Shown here: positions 37,141-45,324 of the stretch, in pieces
Layout of the letters: each line of letters starts with the position of its first letter
Numbering within the stretch: position 1 is the stretch's first letter
Assembly (NCBI GenBank): GCA_965650415.1
Contig: CBFGOP010000001.1
Span: 9,731-73,730 of the forward strand
Source of the DNA: an uncultured Prosthecobacter sp.
GTDB lineage: Bacteria; Verrucomicrobiota; Verrucomicrobiia; Verrucomicrobiales; Akkermansiaceae
Reading direction: 5' to 3'
Length of the DNA: 64,000 nucleotides
Translations under genes and position numbers: made by a program
Notes under the pieces: generated by a model
The model's database searches: none
The model's input: the letters and a program-made list of their open reading frames with translations, nothing else
What the model was told of the DNA's origin: nothing

Positions 37141-37169
37141 AATACTGTTTATTTGAACAGTATTTTTAT
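37141..37169 (+). terminator. Candidate intrinsic terminator after ribF
   Basis: 9-bp stem AATACTGTT (37141-37149) / AACAGTATT (37156-37164) with a 6-nt loop, followed by a T-run. The stem is AT-rich and therefore weak. Confidence 0.45.
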
Positions 37170-37397
37170 ATGAACTCACGTGAATATAGAAGGCTGCGCT
37201 GGAAACTGCTGAGATTGGAAATGCGGCGAAAGATTTCGATGAAACTCCGCCGTTGGAGGAGTAATAGACAACGCCGATTGATTCAACTGGAATTCCGGAT
37301 GTGAGGCATACCAGATGATCAAGAAAAATTGAGGATTTGCGGATTTTGCGCTTACGCTTTTGAGATCGGTTGTCTATATGTCTCCGGAAACCAACCC

Positions 37398-39782
37398 ATG
37401 GCATCTCGAAACAGGAAAATCATCAGAATAGGAGGGCTCGCGCTTGGTGCCTGTTTGGGGTTCTCCCAAATGATTTTTGCAGAGCCAGAAAACGCCAAAA
37501 TCTCGATCGTCGAGCGCGAGTTGCAAAAGCGCAGAGCTGCCGTGGAGGAAGGTCAGACCTTGTTGTTAAAAGGTGATGAGGCTTACCAAGCCGGAAACTT
37601 CAAAGATGCTGTGGACGCCTACGCCGGTGCGAACGCTTCATTCCAGCAAAACCCCACAACCCTTGAACTCAAAGAATCGGCCTTGCAGCGTTACGCGCAG
37701 GCATCGGTTGAGTTGTCCAAACAACTGACAAACAAAGGGCAGGTCAAAGAAGCCCGGGAGGTGTTGAAAACGGTTCTCTCGGAGAATCTGGCTCCGAACG
37801 ATCCACAGGTTTTATTAGCCTTGGAAAAACTGGATGATCCGATCCAAACCAATCCCGCCCTTACTGGCGAGCATGCAGAGAACGTCGATCAAGTCCGACG
37901 CTTGCTTTACCTGGCACAGGGTGCATACGATCTTGCGAAGTTTGATGAATCCATACGTCATTATACCGAAATCCTGAGGATTGATCCTTACAATCAGGCT
38001 GCCCGAAGAGGGATGGAACGGGTTAATAGTGAAAAGACGAAGTATTACGGTCAATCTTACGACCATAGCCGCGCGGAAATTCTGATGGAGGTGGATCGCG
38101 GATGGGAACTGGAAGTCAAACCGAACACCGCTGTTCCTGAATTCGCGCCTGATTTGAATACGCTTCCGCAAAACCAGATGATTACGCTGAAAAACAAAAT
38201 CAGCCGTATCATTATTCCACAATTCATCTTGGATGAGGGAAATCTTACTGAAGCGATTGAGTTGCTCAGGATCCGTGCTGCCGAAAATGACAACCTAGAG
38301 TTGGTACCGGCAATGAAAGGAATCAACATTACCACCAATCTCGGCAATCCAGACGATGTGGCAGCCAAGCGGATTCTGGATTATCGTTTCAGCATCAGGG
38401 TTTCCAACGTTTCCGTTGAAACGCTTCTCAAATACATCACAGAAGCCACAGGCACGGGTTTCCGTTATGATGACTTTGCAGTGACCATCGGCTCGAAGGG
38501 TGCATCGGGAAATACCATGATCTCTCGCACTTACCGCGTGCCGCCGGATTTCCTCAGCAACCTTACGGTAGGTGGCCAACCCGGGAATACGGAGCAGCAA
38601 GACGTTTTCAACTCCGCTCCCGGCCTCGGCGAAAAATTGGCAAAACGCATGGGTGCACAAGAAGCCCTCATGCAGCAAGGCGTATCCTTTCCGAGTGGAG
38701 CCTCCGCAAGTCTCAATCCTTCCACCAATACGCTTCTCGTAATCAATACCATGAGCAACCATGACGTCATCGAGCAGATCATCAATGCTGTGGTTGAGTC
38801 AGAGCCTGTCATTGTCACGATCAAAACAAAGATGGTGAAGGTGGAGAAAAATGTTCTCGAAGAACTGGGATTTGATTGGATGTTGAACGAGTTTAATCTT
38901 AATGGGGATAACACCTTCCTTTCCGGTGGAACTCAGGTCAATGGTGCTCAAATCAATGATTTCCCGTCATTCAATGGAAATAATGCGGCAGAAAATCCGA
39001 TCACGGCAGGAAACCGTACAGGTGACTTTTCTTTCCCGGCCGACAAACTTGACTCACTCATCGCCGCCGGAATCAGTCGGAGTGCCCAGCAGAACAGACG
39101 CGCCCCCGGGGTGGTCGGCGTTAGTGGTGTCGTCAACAGCACCACCATTCAAATGTTGATGCGCGGAATGGAACGGAACAAAGGGTTCGACATCATGGCG
39201 ACACCGGCCATCAGCACACGGAACGGACAGGCTGCCTCAGTATCCATGGTCAGAGAGTTCATCTATCCTGTTGCTTATGATCCAGCGGAAATTCCACAAT
39301 CGGTTAGTGCAGCAGGAGGAGGAGTTTTTCTTCCATCTTTCCCCTCGGAATACGAAACGAAAGATCTTGGGGTCTTCCTCGAAGTTCTGCCAACTGTGGA
39401 TGAAAAGCGACAATATGTAGATGTTGCCCTGAAACCTATGATCTCAGATTTGGAGGGCTTTGTGAATTACGGTAGTCCGATCAATTATATTGAAAATGGA
39501 CAGTCCATAGAGCTGAACGAAAACCCTATTTTAATGCCGGTTTTCAACGTCAAGGAGGTGAATACCAATGTGGTGATTCAAGACGGTTCCACCATCGTGA
39601 TTGGTGGGCTACTCAAGGACTCCGTAACAACTATCAACGATAAGACTCCGATCCTTGGTGATATGCCATTGGTCGGACGTTTGTTCCAATCGAACGCGAT
39701 CAAAAGAAATTCGATCGCGATTCTGTTCTTCGTTACGGTTGAACTGGTCGATCCCACCGGCAAGCCTTACCGCACCCGTTGA
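37398..39782 (+). CDS. Outer-membrane secretin-family protein with N-terminal TPR-like region
   Basis: C-terminal secretin signature VVIQDGSTIVIGGLLKDSVTTINDKTPILGDMPLVGRLFQSN...ILFFVTVELV. TPR-like helices lie at roughly aa 60-240. The signal peptide contains LALGAC. The start is ATG 37398. Confidence 0.85.
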   Translation: MASRNRKIIRIGGLALGACLGFSQMIFAEPENAKISIVERELQKRRAAVEEGQTLLLKGDEAYQAGNFKDAVDAYAGANASFQQNPTTLELKESALQRYAQASVELSKQLTNKGQVKEAREVLKTVLSENLAPNDPQVLLALEKLDDPIQTNPALTGEHAENVDQVRRLLYLAQGAYDLAKFDESIRHYTEILRIDPYNQAARRGMERVNSEKTKYYGQSYDHSRAEILMEVDRGWELEVKPNTAVPEFAPDLNTLPQNQMITLKNKISRIIIPQFILDEGNLTEAIELLRIRAAENDNLELVPAMKGINITTNLGNPDDVAAKRILDYRFSIRVSNVSVETLLKYITEATGTGFRYDDFAVTIGSKGASGNTMISRTYRVPPDFLSNLTVGGQPGNTEQQDVFNSAPGLGEKLAKRMGAQEALMQQGVSFPSGASASLNPSTNTLLVINTMSNHDVIEQIINAVVESEPVIVTIKTKMVKVEKNVLEELGFDWMLNEFNLNGDNTFLSGGTQVNGAQINDFPSFNGNNAAENPITAGNRTGDFSFPADKLDSLIAAGISRSAQQNRRAPGVVGVSGVVNSTTIQMLMRGMERNKGFDIMATPAISTRNGQAASVSMVREFIYPVAYDPAEIPQSVSAAGGGVFLPSFPSEYETKDLGVFLEVLPTVDEKRQYVDVALKPMISDLEGFVNYGSPINYIENGQSIELNENPILMPVFNVKEVNTNVVIQDGSTIVIGGLLKDSVTTINDKTPILGDMPLVGRLFQSNAIKRNSIAILFFVTVELVDPTGKPYRTR

Positions 39783-39794
39783 TTCCGATTTTTT

Positions 39795-41387
39795 ATGCCT
39801 GATTCCAAAAGCGACCCTGAGAGCTATTCGATAGACGACATGCTCGATCGTCTGAAAAACAGAGATCCTCAAGAGGGTGAGGCAAAGCTCGTGACTCGAG
39901 CTGATGGAACTCAAGCTCTCAAAGTTCGCAAAAGAAAACGGCGAACCGACCAATCCAGAGACCGTCTGAACGCACAAATCCACAGGAGACAACTGATTCA
40001 GATTGCTGCGTTTCTTGTTTTCGTCGTGATGTTGCTTCTCGTAATAGGTGGTTTCTTTTTATATGCCAACAGTACAGGCTATCGTGAGAATTTAATCTCC
40101 AAAATTGAACAAATTTCCGGCAGTAAAGTAAAGTTACAGCAATTCCGGATCAATCCGGTAAGTGCCAATGCATCATCAATAGAAATGGATTGGCCGAAGA
40201 GTCATGTGCTGCACCGCTTGGAGGTTTCCGGATTGAAGGCAAAAATCGCCCCTGTCAATTTCTTGGGCAAGGTTTTTCAAGGTGCTGAAATCAAGGGCTC
40301 GAGAGCGAATCTTTACCTCTCCGGAGCGTCAACCACTGCGGATAAAAATGAAGAAGTAAAACCAGAGGTTGACCCATCCGTCGCTTTCAATCGGTATTTT
40401 ATTCCTGATCTGAACGTTTACTTCTCCAAAGAACCGAATCAGGACAGGGTTCTGGAAAAAACTGAAATTTCTTATTTTCACCCTCCATCCAGAACTCATG
40501 GCGAAATACGTTTGAGCCAGGGGATGTTGAAGATGAAAGGATGGCCCACACTCTCGCTTGATCGCTCGTATGTTCGGGTTCGAAAAGGAGAGCTAGATAT
40601 TCAGACATTTAGACTGTGCTGGCCTCAAGTTCAATCGAGCGAGAAATCCGATAAGGGATTCATCGATTTCACAGGTAAAATCCGTCCCGGTAATTCCGAT
40701 GAAACCCATATCCTCTCAGCGCAATTGGATGATTTCCAAATCGCTTACCTTTTGGGTGAAGATTTGGGTCGTTTTTTTCGCGGTGCTGTTACCAATCGAA
40801 TCGGCAAAGACGAATCGAATCAGCTGAAGATCAAAATCAATTCAGATCATCAACTTGACCTGAATTTACACCTCACGCAAGCCACTGGATCGAGAATTCA
40901 GCTCCATCAACTCAAGTTTCTTGGGCATCTGTCTGTGAGTTTGGAAGATCTTTGGTATGAAACGCCTATTTTCGATAATGATGTCGAGGTAGTGATGAAA
41001 CGAAATGGTGATAGAGTGGAGATCCGGAGTTTCCGTTTTGTGCAGCGCGGCAGGATGGTCATCAAAGGCGCGATGACAGCTGAAGGTGAAGCTGGCAAGA
41101 TTTCCGGAAATTTGAAGGTTGGGATTCCTGCAAGTATCATCGAGGCATCTGACAACCGTCGCTTGGACATTCTTTTCAGCCCGGAGAAAGATGGTTATCG
41201 ATGGTTGGATCTGGAGTTAAAAGGAACCGGTGCGACACCAATCGATAATTTCAAGGATTTGTATCAGGCGATTGATCTCACCAAAGCGATACCGCAAACA
41301 GCCGAAACTACCGAAGCCGAGTCGGAAAGACCCAAACAACCTGAAATTGATACCTTCGAGAATCTCCTTGACGAAGGCAATGACTGA
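39795..41387 (+). CDS. Hypothetical single-pass membrane protein (530 aa), co-transcribed with the secretin
   Basis: Basic N-terminus (KVRKRKRR), one TM (LIQIAAFLVFVVMLLLVIGGFFLY), a large beta-rich C-terminal domain and an acidic tail. It starts 12 nt after the secretin stop. No family recognised. Confidence 0.65.
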   Translation: MPDSKSDPESYSIDDMLDRLKNRDPQEGEAKLVTRADGTQALKVRKRKRRTDQSRDRLNAQIHRRQLIQIAAFLVFVVMLLLVIGGFFLYANSTGYRENLISKIEQISGSKVKLQQFRINPVSANASSIEMDWPKSHVLHRLEVSGLKAKIAPVNFLGKVFQGAEIKGSRANLYLSGASTTADKNEEVKPEVDPSVAFNRYFIPDLNVYFSKEPNQDRVLEKTEISYFHPPSRTHGEIRLSQGMLKMKGWPTLSLDRSYVRVRKGELDIQTFRLCWPQVQSSEKSDKGFIDFTGKIRPGNSDETHILSAQLDDFQIAYLLGEDLGRFFRGAVTNRIGKDESNQLKIKINSDHQLDLNLHLTQATGSRIQLHQLKFLGHLSVSLEDLWYETPIFDNDVEVVMKRNGDRVEIRSFRFVQRGRMVIKGAMTAEGEAGKISGNLKVGIPASIIEASDNRRLDILFSPEKDGYRWLDLELKGTGATPIDNFKDLYQAIDLTKAIPQTAETTEAESERPKQPEIDTFENLLDEGND

Positions 41388-41462
41388 TCTGTTAGAAATT
41401 CAGAATCAGCGGAGAGGATCAGGTCAATACTGTTAATCGAGGAAAGAAATTGTTTCTTCTCA

Positions 41463-43064
41463 TTATTCCGCTTTGGCGATTTGCAAGCCTAACAGGCAAA
41501 CATCATCGTCGAAGTGATGGGAGTCCGAGAAATCGAGCACGGATTCGATGATGTTCTCCAGCCATTCGTCCACATCAGATTCCCGGATTTGAGAGGCAAT
41601 TTTAAGAAGGCGTTGATCCATGAAGGGTTCACCTTCCTGATTTTCTGCTTCAAGCACACCATCGGTAAAAAGCAGCATCCGTCGCACTTCCGAGAGATCG
41701 AGTGTGTTCATGGGATAATTGACGCTCGCCATCAAGCCCAGCGCCGGTCCTTTCTGACCGCGCTGGTTGCAGAGTTGTTGACTGTTGTGATTTCCGACCA
41801 CAATCGGTCCCGGATGCCCGGCACAGGCATAGGTCATCGACAGTTCATTGAGATCGATGATTCCGTAAAATGCGGTTGCGAACATGGTGACGTTGGCGCG
41901 TTTCAGGATCGATGCCAGGCCGTTGTTTAGTTTTTCGAGGAATTGTGACGCATCGTGTTTGGCGTTGGCCTGTGTCGCTAACAACCCCCTGAGCATGGCA
42001 ACAACCAGAGCAGCCCGCACGCCGTGACCCATCACATCACAGATGAAAATTCCGTAGCGGTTGTTACTGAGTTTGATGATCTCATAAAAATCTCCGGCCA
42101 ATCCCGAGATCGGCAGGTAGCGGGAGCTGAAGGAGATCTGATTTCCATTTTGGGATATCGCAGGAGGGTAACCCGAGGTTGCAAGTGCTTGTTGGATCTC
42201 GTGGGCTAGTTTTACTTCCTCCTCGTAAGCGATATTTTTCTGCTGCAATTCGTTGGCGAGTTCCGTGGCTTGGCGCTGGGCGAGCACGAGAGAAGTCACA
42301 TCACTGGAGACTCCGAAAGTGCCCTTGATCGCTCCGCTTTTATCGCGCCATGGAAATTTTGAGGTCACCACAAAGGTTTCAGAACCTTCCCGCCAGGTCT
42401 CGCATTCCAGTTGTCCTGTCATCGGGATCCCTGTTTCCATGATGCGTTTTTCATCAGCCTCGGCTTTTTCCCAGTGAGTATTGGAAAAGAGATCGCGATC
42501 ATGTTTCCCGATCAGGCTAAGTCCGGAATCAAATCCGTGGTATTCCGACATGCCACGGTTCACCATGACGAATTTGGATTCGATGTCCTTGAAATAGATC
42601 TGTAACGGTACGTGGTCGATCAGGGTGCGGAGCAGGTGACGTTCTTCTTCGATCTGCGCTTCGGCTTTTTTTCGCAGGCTGATATCGATCATCGATCCGG
42701 CGATGCGCTGCGCTTCTCCGGCGCGATTTCTGACAACTGTTCCCCGGATCCGAAGCCATCTCCAATCATTCGCACCTGTCTGGATTCTGGCATCGATCGC
42801 CAAGGTTTCAGGTCCACTGGTCTCCAACGCCCGTTGGATTGCTCCGATGAAAGCAGATCGATCCGAATGATGGACATGGAGGTAGGGCGTTAGGAACAGA
42901 TTCGGTGCGCTGGATTCCGTGCATTCGAGGAATTCGATGATGCGGCGGGAGTAGTAGATTTTTTTCTCACCGACCATCCAGTCCCAGATTCCCTCGTTGG
43001 AGGCTCTCAGAGCCAGTTCCAATCTGTCGTTGCTCTGGGTTTCTTCGTTGAATGACTCTGACAT
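41463..43064 (-). CDS. PAS-PAS-PP2C (SpoIIE/RsbU-type) serine phosphatase
   Basis: Two PAS-like blocks (NEGIWDW...; LIDHVPLQIYFKD...) and a PP2C core (GDFYE, ICDVMGHG, LLFTDGV, DDV). Confidence 0.85.
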   Translation of the reverse strand: MSESFNEETQSNDRLELALRASNEGIWDWMVGEKKIYYSRRIIEFLECTESSAPNLFLTPYLHVHHSDRSAFIGAIQRALETSGPETLAIDARIQTGANDWRWLRIRGTVVRNRAGEAQRIAGSMIDISLRKKAEAQIEEERHLLRTLIDHVPLQIYFKDIESKFVMVNRGMSEYHGFDSGLSLIGKHDRDLFSNTHWEKAEADEKRIMETGIPMTGQLECETWREGSETFVVTSKFPWRDKSGAIKGTFGVSSDVTSLVLAQRQATELANELQQKNIAYEEEVKLAHEIQQALATSGYPPAISQNGNQISFSSRYLPISGLAGDFYEIIKLSNNRYGIFICDVMGHGVRAALVVAMLRGLLATQANAKHDASQFLEKLNNGLASILKRANVTMFATAFYGIIDLNELSMTYACAGHPGPIVVGNHNSQQLCNQRGQKGPALGLMASVNYPMNTLDLSEVRRMLLFTDGVLEAENQEGEPFMDQRLLKIASQIRESDVDEWLENIIESVLDFSDSHHFDDDVCLLGLQIAKAE

Positions 43065-43221
43065 GGGGTGAAAGCTGAAAATCTATATAGTCTGATGCCT
43101 TGGGGACTTTCAACCTATAAACCGCAGCGCGGATGGCTTGTATGAACAAATCGTCAGTCGCTCATGAAATTTGGTAAGATCTGGGGTTGATTTTGGGATG
43201 AGAGCGTTTAGAACGACCCCG

Positions 43222-43332
43222 ATGAAACGCCTCGCCTTACTTGTTCTCCTTCTTGGTTTCGGTCTCGGTGCCTGTGAAAAACATGATTTTGAAGAAACGC
43301 GTCGCTTGCATGAGCATCACGATAAGCATTAA
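43222..43332 (+). CDS. Unannotated 36-aa His-rich lipoprotein candidate
   Basis: Hand translation gives MKRLALLVLLLGFGLGACEKHDFEETRRLHEHHDKH*. It has a classic n-h-c signal with lipobox LGAC. It falls below the ORF-track length cut-off. No clear SD. Confidence 0.4.
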   Translation: MKRLALLVLLLGFGLGACEKHDFEETRRLHEHHDKH

Positions 43333-43436
43333 AGCTCGGGTTTAAGCTTATCTTCCCGCAAAAACTCCATTTTACTCAGACACGGGGCTTGCCAAAAAGT
43401 CAGTGCTGATTCAGAGACGCCGCGTCCAGGCAAGCT

Positions 43437-45272
43437 ATGAACCAAGATATCGCACTAACTCTGATTGTTATCTTGATTACCCTCGTCGCGTTCATGCGCG
43501 AGTGGGCAGCTCCGGATGTATTATCCCTTAGCATTCTTTGCTTGGTAGTGGCACTTGGTTTGGTGGACATGGGGAGTATGGCCAAGGTTTTCAGCAATGA
43601 AGCACCTCTGACGATTGCGGCTTTGTTTGTGATTGGAGGTGCTTTGGAGAAATCCGGAGCGGTCAACCAGATCGGTCGTCTTCTGGAGCGCCGAGTCAAT
43701 GGTGGTGTCAGAACTTCCATTTTGGCATTCAGCATGGTTGCGGCCTTTTTCAGCGCATGGATGAACAATACCGCCATCGTAGCGATCCTGATGCCTGTGG
43801 TTTTGGGTTTTGCCCGTTCGAAAAACATCGCTGCATCCAAACTTCTCATACCTTTATCCTACTCATCCATCATCGGTGGCTGCTGCACCCTGATCGGAAC
43901 GTCCACCAATTTGCTGGTCAACGGCACCCTCAGAGACATGGGACTGGCTCCAATGACGATGTTTGAACTGGCCCCTGTCGGAATTCCTCTTGCGATCGCG
44001 GGTATTGCCTACATGGTGATCTTTGGTCCGAAGCTGTTGCCAAATCGATCTTCGATCACCGGCAGTTTGGAAATCGATTTTCGGGTCGTTCCTCTGCATC
44101 ATTTGCTGATTTCGGGTGATTCCGAATTGATCGGAAAAAAACTTCTCAATACTCCCTTGGGAAGTCGAGAAGCCGGAATTCACGTTTTGGAAATTCGTCG
44201 TCGCGGCACGCGTTTGATGATTCCTCTGAAAGATGTCACGGTGGAAAAAAACGATCGTTTCCTCGTCGCGCTGCATCGTCGCAAAGGTGGAGCCGCAAAA
44301 GCGGAGGAATTGTTCAGCAGCATCGGAGCTCAAGAGCTTTCCACTGTTGACGGTATTGTATCTGAGCTTGTCGTACCAAATGAATCCTCGCTGGTTGGGA
44401 AAACCCTTGCAGCTTCGGATTTCCGCCAACGCTACAACTGCGTCGTGCTCGCGGTGCACCGCAATGGCCTGAATATCACCAGCAGCATGGCTGAAATTCC
44501 TCTGGATCGCGGTGATACCTTGTTGGTCATTACGGCGGTCAACAACCTGATCAGCCTCAAGCAAACCCGCGATTTCGTTCTGACTGACAACCCGGAAGCG
44601 AAACAGGAAAACGAGGCCGATGCGGGAGAATGCCAGAAATCGATCAACATTTCATGGGCGGTGCTGATCGCTGTGATTCTCACAGTATCGATCACCGATA
44701 TGATGAGTCGGATGAATATGGGAGTGGTTTCTATTCCCATTCACTTCGCTTCTGTGGTCGGTGCACTTAGCTTGTTGTGGTTGCGTATCCTGACTCCGCG
44801 CGAGGCATACGCGAGCATTGATTGGCAAGTTTTGATCATGCTCTATGGATTGCTCGGTTTAGGTATGGCGATGCAGGGAACTGGAACAGCGGAATGGTTG
44901 GCCAAGGGCTTGGTCGATCTCACCCGCCATCACGTCTCCCCTGAAATTTTACCTTACGTCATGTTGTGGCTGGTGTTCATTTTCACTTCCCTGCTAACTG
45001 AAGTCCTCTCCAACAACGCCACGGCCGTGATGCTTGTGCCGATTGTGGTCGGATTGGCTCAGGAACTCGGGGTTGATTTCCGGCCGTTCATCATCGTAAT
45101 CACCATCGCGGCTTCCTGTGCCTTTGCCTTACCCATGGGCTATCAAACCCACATGATGGTTTACGGTCCCGGTGGATACAAGTTCAGTGATTACCTGCGG
45201 ATCGGCATTCCTCTCAACATCATTGTCTGGGTGATCACCTGTCTACTGGTGCCATTGATTTGGTCCTTCTAA
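43437..45272 (+). CDS. SLC13/DASS-type anion permease with two central TrkA-C (RCK_C) domains
   Basis: The N- and C-terminal halves are polytopic. The central region has two repeats of the TrkA-C pattern (..GKKLLNTPL....GIHVLEIRR.G; ..LVGKTLAASDFRQRYNCVVLAVHRNG). Confidence 0.8.
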   Translation: MNQDIALTLIVILITLVAFMREWAAPDVLSLSILCLVVALGLVDMGSMAKVFSNEAPLTIAALFVIGGALEKSGAVNQIGRLLERRVNGGVRTSILAFSMVAAFFSAWMNNTAIVAILMPVVLGFARSKNIAASKLLIPLSYSSIIGGCCTLIGTSTNLLVNGTLRDMGLAPMTMFELAPVGIPLAIAGIAYMVIFGPKLLPNRSSITGSLEIDFRVVPLHHLLISGDSELIGKKLLNTPLGSREAGIHVLEIRRRGTRLMIPLKDVTVEKNDRFLVALHRRKGGAAKAEELFSSIGAQELSTVDGIVSELVVPNESSLVGKTLAASDFRQRYNCVVLAVHRNGLNITSSMAEIPLDRGDTLLVITAVNNLISLKQTRDFVLTDNPEAKQENEADAGECQKSINISWAVLIAVILTVSITDMMSRMNMGVVSIPIHFASVVGALSLLWLRILTPREAYASIDWQVLIMLYGLLGLGMAMQGTGTAEWLAKGLVDLTRHHVSPEILPYVMLWLVFIFTSLLTEVLSNNATAVMLVPIVVGLAQELGVDFRPFIIVITIAASCAFALPMGYQTHMMVYGPGGYKFSDYLRIGIPLNIIVWVITCLLVPLIWSF

Positions 45273-45324
45273 AACGGAAATTTTTTCTTCGCTCAGGGAG
45301 TAAACTCGATCTTACTTGCACGAG

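Noticed and set aside
41388-41462. Weak hairpin (GAAAGAAA-TTG-TTTCTTCT) between convergent genes
   Set aside because: It has only 5-6 contiguous AT-rich base pairs with mismatches, too weak to call a terminator with confidence.
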